A stretch of 63,573 nucleotides of DNA, counting the filler, from Ministeria vibrans ATCC 50519 (lineage: Eukaryota; Protista; Filasterea): assembly GCA_943704425.1 (NCBI GenBank). It is 6 parts of 6 records of this genome, joined end to end, with 100 filler letters (N's around TTAATTAATTAA, not from the genome) between each part and the next. Parts side by side here need not be neighbours in the genome. Positions count along the whole stretch, not along the records: positions 17,948 to 40,216 come from CALSCP010000124.1; positions 40,317 to 46,617 come from CALSCP010001780.1; 4 more parts are not named here. The stretch is one strand, 5' to 3'. Positions within the stretch are counted from its first letter, which is position 1; each line of letters begins with the position of its first letter. Position numbers and translations under genes: made by a program. The notes beneath the pieces were generated by a model. It had not been told where the DNA came from and ran no database searches. It saw only the letters and a list, made by a program, of their open reading frames with translations. Shown here in pieces: positions 30,963-42,976 of the stretch.

Positions 30963-32109
30963 CGCGGGCCACTCAATGAACTCCCCGATTCCTACATAGA
31001 AACATAGCAAGCACGTCAATAGCAAATAATTATACTTTTTAGGAGGGAGGAAAGCTGCGGAGGAATCAAGAAACTCGACGAGCAAAAAAGAAAGAAGAAC
31101 GATACCACTGACGCACTCATGCAACAATCTGTACTAAAGTGGGACTCTTTAGATCTTATATACAAAAAGAAACTGCCAAAAAGTGCCAAGGAAAACTGAA
31201 ACGCACCGCCAAAACGAACCAAAACCCCGAAAAAGTGAAAAAAAAGGAACGAACACTGCCGCACTCACAACATACTGCCAAGAACGTGGCACAGGGTGTG
31301 CAGTGGCAAGCGTGGTGGGCATAAGATAATGAAGCATGTGTCAGATATGTTCCGCTAGAGAAACGTGGAGCGGAAGAGGTCGCTCTTGTTCGTGAAAAAA
31401 AGAGAACCCCCGAAGAAAATATTTCGAAGAAAACCCCCTTTCCAAAGAGAGAGATGCCAGCCAACGAGGCATTGTTCAAGTCGCTTGCTGGCAATCACAA
31501 GTTGTCATGGGAGCCTTGACGTCGCATCCCTGGGATTCATTAAAAAGCTCGCCAGAAGCGAAGCAAAAAAAAAAAAAAGACCGCCGTGCCACCTTCTTGG
31601 CTTCTTCTCTAACTGCTGATGAGTGCTGAGTGGCGAGTGCTGACTGCTAATTGCTAAACACGTCCCCTGCTCAAGCCAACACAGTACAGGGCACAAAAAA
31701 TCAACTTCCCTTCCCAAAAACGGGATAAGCCATCACGCGGTACACCAACACCATAATTATATACAACATAGTCCTATTTACCAAGCGTCGACAAGCAAAC
31801 TCTGGGGACTGTTGGTTTAAATTTCTTGCGAAAAAACCTGAAGACTTTTCAAAAACGGGTCAAAAACAATGATCAAACGGAGATCAAACCAAATAACCCA
31901 CAAGCAAGGAATATCCGATGCTTTCTGCGCAACAAAAATAGACATTTTCATAAATGAAGGCACCAAGTTTATCATCAGGTAGAACATTTCCCTTCTTCAT
32001 CAATTTATTTATGAGAGTTTGTCGGAGCGCTACAAAAATTACCACTTGGGAAATGTTGGAGGAAACTTGATCAAACAAGGTGATCCACGCCCTCTATTAA
32101 ATATCAGCA

Positions 32110-32570
32110 CATGCCCACGAGGCCATGTTGGAACACTACAAACAGCTGGGCGACATCGGGCGCGACCGGTTCTACTACTTCTTGGCTGACAAATAGCAGC
32201 AGGTGCAGCAGTTCCTCAACAACCAAGCAAGAGCTCCATCAGCCCGTCCTGCCTGTGCGAAAGCAGAAGGTCAGTAGTGCCATTGTCACCGAGGCGCCCA
32301 TGAAGCGGTGGCAGGCCGACCTGGTGGATGTGACCAAATAAGAGCCCACAGAATCGCCACGCGACGTTCCTCCTTACCATTGTCGACACGTTCTCCAAGC
32401 ACGCGTGGGTCATGCCCCTGACGAGCAAGCACAGTGCCACCGTGGCTGCTGCCTTCGCCAGGGTGTTCGTCGAGGCAGGTGTGCCCGAGGAGCTACAGAC
32501 GGACCGTGGCAGCGAGTTCTTCACATGGACGAGTTGCTCGACAGACACAACATCAAGCACCGCCGCCAAT
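32110..32570 (+). pseudogene. Degraded rve/c-integrase of Polinton(Maverick)/Ginger type
   Basis: Across stops and frameshifts: GRDRFYYFL, PMKRWQADLVDV, FLLTIVDTFSKHAWVMPLTSKHSATVAAAFARVF..GVPEELQTDRGSEF and LLDRHNIKH. Confidence 0.8.
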
Positions 32571-33652
32571 GCGCCTCCACAACCCCAGTGGCCAGTTGGT
32601 CGTATATACTGTTACTGCTAGAAAATCGTGGAATATGCAGCGGCGAGAGAAAATTAAGAGAAAAGGAAAAAAAAGGGAAAAAAAGTCTTCTTCACTCAGG
32701 CAGACAATCAGGTCAAGTGAAGTCACATTTCTTACTCTTTGGTAGAAGGTTTGGTTTGGCTGGCTTGAGATGCGTGCGATAATCGATTTATTTTTTGCAA
32801 AATTGTGAAATAAGTTTGACTGTATCAACTCCGTAATAAGTCCGTATCAACCAGGAAATCAACAGTTCAACACTCACTCTGCACAAAGTGGCAAAGATCA
32901 GCCTGGCTAGCGGCGGAGCGGTTTCAAGCTGAACTTCGCTGAGTTCGCTCTTCTTTACCGGCGGGCGTTGCGATGCGCGAGTCTAAGGCGGTCCTGGTGG
33001 CCGTACGGCGTTAATTGCTTTCTGTCGATCAAGCGGCCGGCATGTTATGGATTGGGCGGGCGTGGAAGCTCCTTGAAGTTTCTTTGTAGTTTGTATGACG
33101 ATCTTGTAAAGAGTTTTGGCTCTCTTCAACTGTCAAGAGAGTCAAGACAAAATCGATTTTCTTCGTAAGTGAAAACCGCCCGTCCACCTTGTCCACAGCG
33201 TCCAATGACCAATACTCCAACTCATTACCAGGTAGAATTGTAAACTGCCTGATCGACAAGGTGGACAGCTGAGAGCGTCAATATTTATTTATTACATCGT
33301 TGTGGCCTGCGTTGTATAGCGGTGGGTCACCTAGGGTTATGGAGTAAATCCGAAGTAAATAAACTTGAAATAAACAACGCTCCACCACAATGACCACATA
33401 AGAATTCTGTGCTGGGCTACGCATTGCTGTCTTCACAATTGGTAACATCGGACATGATGAATACGATGGTAGCTCAGCCTTGACGCAACGCAGCCGAACA
33501 GAGTAGGGTCATTGGAGAAAGGAAGAAGAAAGTTCGGAGAAAGTGATTGTGATTAATTAAGATTCAATAAAATATTAATTTAAAGATCTCAAAGAAAATC
33601 CAACCGCCGTCCACCAGAAGTCAATGACAAAATTTAAAAAAAAAAATACAGT

Positions 33653-36600
33653 TCAATCGCTCTCACAAACAAAATCTTCATCATCATCCTCCTCCTCCTC
33701 ATCGTCAGTGTCACTCTCGTAACGCTTGCGCCTCTTGGGCTTCTTCTTCGTCTCCTTCTTCTTCACAGCCTTTTCCTTCGTCTTTTTCTTCGCCGGTTGT
33801 CGCTTGGGCGTCACCCGTGCCCTCTTGACACTCTTCTTCTTCGCACTGTCGTCGCCGAGTCCCTTTCGCTTGAGCCCTCGTCCCTCCCCATCCAACTCAG
33901 CTTCGTCCTCTTGTCCGTCTTCCCCATCATTCTCCTCGCCCTCTCCCGCACCTTCCTCCTCCCCATCCTCTCCGCTCCATCCTTCCTCTTGGATCATCGA
34001 CATTCCCTCCGACATAATGAGTCCATTAATCTATAACAAACACAACAACAACAAAAAAAAAAAAATAGGCACCGTCAAGACGCGTGGGTGTCTCTCAAAA
34101 CAACGGGCATACCTGCTTGAAGAGAAGTGGAGCAAGCTTTGCTGTCGAACCCTTGGCCGACTGACGCAGCTCAATGGCCCGCGATGAGATACCCGCATTC
34201 TTCAGGCCAACACTCGCCATTGCGGCACTGCCCGCTACGGGTGTCGTGGGTGTACTGGGCGATGAGGGCGACGATGACAAACGTCGTCGTCGTCCCGTCG
34301 CAGTCAAACTGCCCGGTTGAAAAGCTCGACACCTGGACTCGTTGAGCCGATGGATGCGCTTCAGACACGCCTTGAGATCCAGGAGCATCGCCTGACCCAT
34401 GGCACGGTCACACCACTTGGCAACTTGTTGAGCGTCAACGGGACTCGATATCGAGTTCATTTTGCGCACAATCGTGTCCACGTCGTCCTCTTCGTAGCCA
34501 TCATCATCGTCTCCAAAGTCTCGTCGCGCACACCCAAACAGCTCACGGCAGTCACTCAGCACGTTGGTGGCATGAGTCGCCACCAGCTTGTCAATGGTAT
34601 ACACCACAAACAGCGGCTCATCCGCTTCGCCATACGCCAGCAACGCAACATTCTCGGCAACAAACGCCAGGAGCGCCACGTTCGTGGTCGTCGCCGTAAA
34701 CAAGTTGAGCAGAGCCCCAAGGAAACTGCGTCGAGTAGAGCGACTCGAAAGAAGCCCGTAGAGTCGTGAAAGCAATCGACCGGGCACAATGGGAGCCAGT
34801 TGAGAAACAGGTTGCGGGTGGTGCTGTTGGTGCTTGGTGAGTTGTTGATGGAATTGAAACATAACCTTGACACCCTGGACAGCCTGTTGCGCCACGAAGG
34901 ACGGATACTTTTCGTTGAGTCGTTGCAATTCGGTAAAAGCGCGCTTGCAATGGACACGATCCGTCTCGAGCGCAATCAACGTGGCAATGCACTAGCGAAT
35001 AGCACACAATCAATCTATCGTGTTTTTTTTTTCTCTTTTTTTCTTTTTTTTTTCTTTTGTTACCTCTCGAGGATTCACAAGTCCCTGATGCAAAACTTGT
35101 TCGACAACGGAATAGGCCTGACGACGAATGGCCTCGATAGGCGACACAACAAAACCCAAAATGCGATCAAGGTGCTCACGTGCCAACTGACCACCCACAC
35201 CCGAGTCACCTCGCGTGTCCATGTCATCGTCGTAACCACCAATGTCCAGGTCGAGTGCAGTCACTCCTGTGGCATTCACACTCGCCGCCAGTGCAGCTCC
35301 ATCTATTAAAAATTAAATTAGTTTATATTTTATAATTATATTAAAAGACAAGAAGAAGAAGTAATTCAAATATAAAAGGTTGATGATGAAAAATGTACCT
35401 TTGGCATCACGCATTCGCATTTGCTGCTCCTCGTCGCGCAAGAGCACGGTCAAGTTGCCAAGAATCTGCATTACCATGAGCTGGTCGCTGGAGGCAAGAC
35501 TGTTGTTGTATAGAGTGCGCATCTTGGAGGTGACCAGCAGGCTCGGGGTGCGTACAACAATAGAACCGAGCGCACCGAGCGCACGGCGTTTGATGGGCGC
35601 GTCACCAGCATGCTCGTATGCAAACAAAAGATCAATGAGTCGGGTGCGCAATGCGCCTCCGGTCGACGCATAGTCATAGTATTGACACAGCTTGCCACCG
35701 GTGAACATGGCACGCGAAATGAGACGCATTGCAGCGTCGGTGCGCGCCACACCTTGATGCGGATGGTGTTCTTCGAGACAACGCACATTGCGCTTCAGTA
35801 AGGACACCATTAGCGCCTCGTGTCGCTGCAAGGCGCCCACAATGGCAACGAGACACTTGATGGACGCCTCCACAATGCGCGGATCTTGTGACAGTAAATT
35901 GCGCACAAGATCGGCACGCAGCGTCTCCGTCGAGCGACTCAGTGTCGGCACAACCTCTTCCATGAGCGCCGTTACAGAGCACGCCATGGAAATATCAGCG
36001 TTACTCGGCGATTCTTTCATCGAGAGGTACGGCTGAAGTGTGGACACATGACGCGTGAGCAGCATGGGTCGACACTTCGCAAACGACTGGAGCACCTGAA
36101 GAGTGGCAAGGCGGCGGGACTCGAGACGACGAGCCTTCTCGCTGGCCGTTGCCGTCTGGCTGAGAGTGTCGTCGTACGAAGAGAGCGCATCGTGCAGCTC
36201 GTCGACAAGTGCCTGACAGACACCCTGAAGTGTGGTAAGCTCGGTACAGGTGCGTTTCGGAGCGGCAATCACAACGGAGCGCACCAGACTCTCGAGCGCT
36301 CCCAAGTGCATGCCGTCCCCAAGCAACGCCAGGCCCACCAGTTCGTCAGCACGCGCCACAACAAATCGCTGATTGTTCGGAGAGTGCATCACAGCGTGTG
36401 CGGCCTTGGTGACTGCCTCGACGTTCCACAAATCGTCGACGGCCTGGTCGACAAAGGCAAACTCATCGACAAATGCGGGCGCACCTTTGCTACTGCTGCT
36501 CCCACTCTTGCGGCGCGACGACGCCGACGACGACTGTGATACTTTTGACGAGTCGTCAGTGGCGCACGGCCCATCGGGAGTGCCAAAGAGAAGGTCGCGC

Positions 36601-39174
36601 AAGCTCTTGAGCGCAAGCTGTTGCACACTTTCCGTGTCGTCTTGCGCGCCACGTACCAGCAGGCAGGCATACAGCTCGGAAATCTTGCTGGAGGGGGGTA
36701 CAACGGCGACCGCTGCGGTCATTGTGGACGACGACGCAACGGCAAGGGACGCATGCTTGGTCACGTCCGTCTCGCCAAGGCGCTTACATGTCTCCTTGAG
36801 GGTGGCGACGACACGACGACGCACGCTGACACCTGAGTCGTCGGCACGGCTGATCAACAATGTGAGGTACTGACTGGCGACTTGAGGCGACGACGACAAC
36901 TGCGCAAATTTGCCAACAAGATCCACAGCCGCTTCACGTACCGATGTCGACGAGTCCTCGAGGCACAGTTGCAACGCGCGCTTGACATGCGCCTCGTCCA
37001 GGAGCGATGGGGACGACACGACAATCTTAGAGAGGGCGCGCATTGCTTTGGCGCGCAGCTTGGGACGATCCTTGAGCAACATGAAGACGTGACGAAGCAC
37101 CGCGTTCCGTTGCTCGTCGCATGACACTGGCATGAGTTGCTGGAGGAGTTGTGGCCAGGGCATGTTGCCAATGCGCTTCGCCTGCTGAGCCCGATCCGTG
37201 TTGGACGATCGCGTGTCCGGCTCAATAATGACCGATGGCGACAGCAGCTGTGCAACAAGGACACGTCGACGATCACGCAGAGCGTCCACCGTACCCTCGA
37301 TGCCCTTCATCAGACTGTCTTCGTCGTCGCTCAGACTTTTCTTGCCCTTGCCATCCAATGCTCCATGCTCCTCCCCTGCCACTTGGTCGTCGTCGTCGTC
37401 GTCATCATCGAATTTTTCAAAGTTGAGCTTGATAACTGGCGAACGGTCGGGTTGGTCCTGTTTTGGAGCCGAGGCACTAAGCCAACGACCCAAAAGGAAG
37501 CGACGAGCGGCGAGTGCCAGAGGCTCGACGTGACTGCGCTCCAGCAGTTCGTTGAGCAGACGGTTTTGCATGGCAATGAGGTCGAGCTCGGGGTCGGTCG
37601 ACTCGCACACTTCTCCTTGTCCCTGCTGCATGACTGTACCACGATGGGCGACCATATTACTCAGATAATCAATGGCGGTGGTGGTGAAGGCGTCGGCGGC
37701 CGTGGCCGCCGACGAGTCGTAGTGTCGCTTAAGCTGGAACATAAGCTGGAAGGCGAACACGTCGAGGAGCACTTCGGCGGCCGGCCACTCGGGTAGACCG
37801 CACAGTCGCAGGAGGTCTTCGACAAACAAATCGAGAAGCGAACGCATACGAGCAGCGTCTTCGGTGCGTGCCGACGATACCTTCGAGACAAAGTCGACAA
37901 GGAACGAGCGAGCAACCACGGCGGCGGCTGAGTAGCCCTGCAGCACAGATGTCTCCAAAGTGTCCCAGTCGTCGGTGGACGTGTCAGTGGCGCTAAATGA
38001 ATGCGCCTCAAAGGTCGCCATGGCCGATTGAATGAGCTGAGCGACAAGAGCCGTGGTCATTTGCACGCGATTTGAGTCGGGAGGTGTTGATGACGAGGAC
38101 GACAGCGACATGGACTGCTGAGGCGACAAGTGGAAGTGGCGTGGTGTTTTGGTGGTAGGCAATTTGGGGAGACCCTCGAGAATGTAGTCAAAGAGAAGGA
38201 CGCGATGAGACGCGTAGTGAGTGCTAATGGCCGAGGCGAGTGGAAGCGCGGCTTGCTGCAAATCTTCCAGGTCGGTCACGAAGAAAGGTTCAATGGCCAT
38301 GGTACACAGTTCGCGTACGTGCACCTCGGTGAGGCGACGTCCCGACGAGGCACTGATAAGAAGTGCAAACTGATCGTAGACACGGGCAATGCGACGGGAA
38401 AGGGTGGCAATGGAAATGTCGTTGACGGTCGAAAAGACACGCGTGAGATCGTAGTCGTCGGCGAGTGGCACGGCCGCCGAAGGGTTTTGCACGGGGAAGA
38501 TGGAGTGTTGCAAATGAAACTTGACAAAGTGCACCGCATGGTCAATAGTGTCCTCAATAAAGACACGGTCAGGCACATCGCGTGCGGAAAGCACATCGCA
38601 AATGATCGCGACAGCACGCAGACTGTTTGTGATAGGTAATTCCTCGTCGCCAAGGTAGGCGAGACGACCATCGTGCAGGGCGACGAGCGGACGGCGCATG
38701 GCGCGACACACCAACGTGTCTAAGGCATGCATTAGACGACACAAGTGGTCGGCATCGACGCGGCCCATGAGATTCTGGATACGCAGGCGCGCAACGACAC
38801 GCCCGACCTCGGCCAGCTTGTCGAGAAGGTGGGTGGACGGAGTATCGGTGGACGCCGTTGTGGCTGCAACAAGAGCACTTGTGTGTACAATGTGATCATC
38901 GAGGTCTTCCTTGAGTAGCTCAAAGAGCGCTTGGAAGGAGTCGAGAAGTGCCGTGGCGGCCGCCTCCGAGAGATCCTCGTACTCGGGAATGGACGACTCG
39001 CGTAGCGCCTCCTTCTTGGGCCGCTTCGGGTTTGCCTTCTTGGGCTTCTTCGTCTTGCGCTTTTGCTCCTGTCGCTGTTGTTGTTGTTGATGATGCTGCT
39101 GCTGAGCCTGCTTGTTTGGCGTGTATTCTTCGTCGTCGCCATGTTTGTCGACTTTGACATTGTCATTGTCGTCG

Positions 39175-39206
<32 letters not shown>

Positions 39207-39958
39207 GTCGTCGTGCTGTCGCTTTGTACCTGTCACTGAGACGCTGTTGGTGGCATCGTCTGCTTCAAAGGATACGCAAGGGGATTGTTGGCCTTGCCGC
39301 CGACGCTGGCTGGAAGTTGTCTTGGTCAGCGTCGATGGTGTGGGTGCGTTGGTCAGGGTCGACGCGGGCGAAACGGGGACGTTTTTGTCGCCAGGAGGAG
39401 GAGGAGAACTATGTGGTGTCGACGAGGAGAGTGGCGGTGCGACATAGGTAAAGATGGTTGGGTTGCTGGCGAGCGCCGCTTGAGCGAGGGGCGACGAGGA
39501 GAGCATGGTGGCGCTGTTGGCCGCGAGTGTTGTTGTGGCGGCAGACGCGGAGAGACGCAGACTGGAAAGGTCTACGCGTTTCAAGAGCGCAACAGCGGTT
39601 GTGAGATCTTCGGGGCTGTCCGATGGGACGGTGTCGAGGGCAAGCTGACTGTCGCTGACGACGCTATCGGCAGCCGGCAAAATGGCGCTCACTGACGAAA
39701 AAAGCAAAATCCAAGTGAGTCGACAGAGAACGCGGCTGTTTTCGCCGGTATCATTATGATGGGAGGCTGTACACATGCGATACATGCCAACTGGGCGCAT
39801 GGGCGGCGCAGCAGAGTGCGGTGGAGAGTGTTGCCGAAACGAAGACGAGACGTGTTTTGAAGCGTTTGGTTTTTCTTACCGTCTGCAAGCGACACAACGC
39901 CCATCAATGGCGCACATATACCGTCGACAAACGGGGTGCGCGTCGAGCCGGGGTTCAT
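33653..39958 (-). CDS. NIPBL: Cohesin loader Nipped-B-like / Scc2
   Basis: N-terminal LMGVVSLAD, LFVEDLL..LPEWPAAE, KLRAKAMRALSKIV, DSSTSVREAAVDLVGK, DSGVSVRRRV, LHQGLVNPRE and DEPLFVVYTID; charged C-tail. Confidence 0.93.
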
Positions 39959-40045
39959 CACAAATTTTTTGAGATTTTGATTTTTTTTCATTTTTTATTT
40001 TGTCATTTGCGCGCGCATTTTTTTTAATCATTTTTGGAGAGATCA

Positions 40046-40108
<63 letters not shown>

Positions 40109-40322
40109 TGAAAAGTTTACTTAACTTTTCTTGGAAACCCCAAAATCGTCGCAGGGGGGACCGCTCGAAAAACTCAAACAGTGAAAAATAGAAAAGGTCG
40201 CGTCACCATGGCTCACNNNNNNNNNNNNNNNNNNNNNNNNNNNNNNNNNNNNNNNNNNNNTTAATTAATTAANNNNNNNNNNNNNNNNNNNNNNNNNNNN
40301 NNNNNNNNNNNNNNNNGCGCAC

Positions 40323-40348
40323 AACCCTAACCCTAACCCTAACCCTAA
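40323..40348. repeat. Telomere-type repeat (CCCTAA)4
   Basis: aaccctaaccctaaccctaaccctaa, 6 nt from the contig start, C-rich strand at the left end. Confidence 0.8.
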
Positions 40349-40363
40349 GAAACCACTTTTCAC

Positions 40364-41450
40364 ATGTCTACTGGCGAACTACCTGCGTATTACGTGAAGA
40401 ATGGGCAATTGCATCTGGATCTAAACACTGACGTCAAAGGAGTACGGGTCGCTGTGTTTGAACAATCTTTGTGTGTTGGCATCGACATGGGGACAATTGC
40501 GTGCAACGCAAACGCCTTCACTCTTTCTGAGTGCGAATTCTCCAGCGCATCTTTTGACAATGGGCAGTCGTCTGGTGCGCGAATTCTGAATGGCGGGAAT
40601 AAGCTAACACACGCGGACTATGTTCACCATGTATGTTGCCGCATCGATGTGCAACGACGTCTCGTTTCTCTCGCTAGCGATCTCTCGGAACCCGGCGCCT
40701 CCTTCCTGCGCAACAATTTTGAAGGCATCACAGATCTATCGCCAAACGCCGCGCATTGAACCTTATCAGCGTGCTCGAGGAGATGATTTGTCGGCGTTTG
40801 TGAATCGTTTGCAGCGTGGCGCGTCTAAAACGGCTCATCACTAACATTACTGTGAACGATCTCGCGTTCCATATGGCGACTCAATCGTTTTCATAAAGTG
40901 ACTCGTTCAAATTGGCCTCAATGGCCTGCAAAGGGCACCACGAATTCCCGTGAATGAGACTGCGAAAGGCAAACACTCTAAAAACACCTTAAAAACAATA
41001 ATAATTATTATTATTATCAATAATATTATAATGACGTATTCATAATAATTAATAATATAATAAATATTATTAAATTTATTATTATTTTTTCTTCGACAAT
41101 TCTGTCATGATGACAATAACTGATTAACGACTCCGTGACTTGGTATGTTAGATTGGCCACCGTCAAAGGCTTTCAAGTCTTTCTCATTCATGAGTACCTC
41201 ACAAACCAGACGTCCTCGCGCTGTTACTCACAGCTCATTGATGTGACCGGCCGACATTCACATCGTCGCCGCTGTCGAGCAACGTTCAAAATGTGCACCA
41301 AAAAGAAGTGCACCAACGATGGCAAGCACACCCGTATCTTCGACAAGGACCTCAGTGCCCCCCGCCTGCCTCCTGGACATTAATCTCAGCGATCTCTGCC
41401 GCAATGGTCGTCCCGCTCGCTTCTGCTGCCGCTCAGGAATGCGAATGTGA
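40364..41450 (+). pseudogene. Decayed Fanzor (eukaryotic TnpB-like RuvC nuclease), C-terminal half
   Basis: In order: RuvC-I CVGIDMG; helix YQRAR..LSAFVNRL; VPYGD; CKGHHEFP*MRLRK; an AT-rich intron-like insert; LATVKGFQVFLIHEYLTNQTSSRC (RuvC-II E); KMCTKKKC; IFDKDLSA (RuvC-III D); then after a +1 frameshift ACLLDINLSDLCRNGRPARFC. Confidence 0.75.
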
Positions 41451-41790
41451 AAGAGAGAATGAAGAAAAAATGTCAAGCAGGGCGGAAAGCGAGTTTGAGT
41501 TTACAGCAATGCAGAAAACGGGGGTTAAACAAGCAAATTTCAAACTGCAATTGACAACAAAATGAAAAGTAATATCAAACCAATATACTCCTCTTATTCA
41601 TCTCTCGCAAAAAACTTGACATCTTAATCATTTTCTGTCTTCATTTCTCTGTTCAATCAACTCCAATCTTTCTGCTGTGAGCCGGTCAACGGATCTACCG
41701 TCAAATTCGTAAATCCCTTGTTACCGTTGGCAGGGTTAACGACAAGCGCCTCTGGACCCACGCAACCATATACTTTTAATAATGCAACGG

Positions 41791-42976
41791 TCACCTCACC
41801 CCATACAACGTGAAGCAGGGCAGCTCGGGCAAGCGCTCCTGAAGCACACGGGCAAACTCGGGGTCACCACACGACTCGATTGTGTCCACGAGCAGCCGAC
41901 GTTGCCAGCAAGCGACTCGGGTCGCACTCACATCATCTGCCGCCTCCATCACGTCCTCGAGCCGGGCAATATCATCCTCGTCACCCCGCTCCATGTCCTT
42001 GTCGTTCACGGTTTCCTCGCCACGACCACCACCCTGCTGCTGCCTCCGCTTTCTCTCTTCTCCACCGCCACCGCCACCCCCACCGCCGCCATCCTCGACC
42101 TCCAAAATGGTCCCGAACGGACCTCGCAGCAAAGACGGTCGCGACGGTGACGCCATCCAGTCGTAGAGGGCCTTCTGGAGCTGCTCGGCGCACTTAAACC
42201 GGACCTTTCGCAGCACAACGCCTTCTCTTCCCTCCATTCTCATCTTCACTTGAAAGAACAGTCGGGGCGTGTGCAAAAAGGCGGCGCAGTCGTAGTTGGA
42301 GACAAGGTTTGCGCAGACACACTCGCCCTGCACCAGCGGCAAAATATCGTTGTGATTGTTCGAGACAGCCGCCTTGAGTTCGACGACAGCAACGAGATGG
42401 GGCCGCGACGGCTCTATGAACCGCTCGCCGTGGAGTGTGCGGTTGAAGGCGACGTCGGTGGTGCCGGTCAGATGGAGGTGGGGCGCCGAGAGCAGACAGC
42501 GATTACCGGTAGCATCAAAGGGGCCGTTCCACGAAGGGTCGCGCGGGATGATCTACATACACACAGTATGAGACAGATAAGGAAAGAAAAAAGCTCACCT
42601 GAGCCTGCAAATGCTCGATAAACAGCGGCTGCACGTCCTTCTCGACGACATTGTTGAAACAATAGGGGATGCCGAGACCGCCCAGATCTGGATCGGCGTT
42701 CTCAAAGCGTGACCGCCCAATTCCGGCACTGAATAAGCGCGAGTCGAGCTTTTCATATGAGAGGTTCGACAGAGCGACTGTCTCGGCTGTGACAGTGGGA
42801 GGTAGTTGAGACGATGGCATTTTCGTCTGGGACTTACTCTTCTCTTGCAGGAGGGTTTTCATGTCTGCTTGAATTTCCTCAAGGCGGGTTTTCATGCCTG
42901 CCTCAAGTTCGCTCAGGGATTCGCTCAGGACGTCTGTGTTTGTTCTTAGGGTTGGACGCAACACAATAAAAAACAA
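41791..42976 (-). CDS. Crinkler-type (CR effector) PD-(D/E)xK restriction-endonuclease-fold protein; ends uncertain
   Basis: Removing a 46-nt GT-AG intron (42553-42598) gives EKDVQPLFIEHL..LTGTTDVAF..VAVVELK..LVQGECVCAN, preceded by a short coiled coil. Confidence 0.6.
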
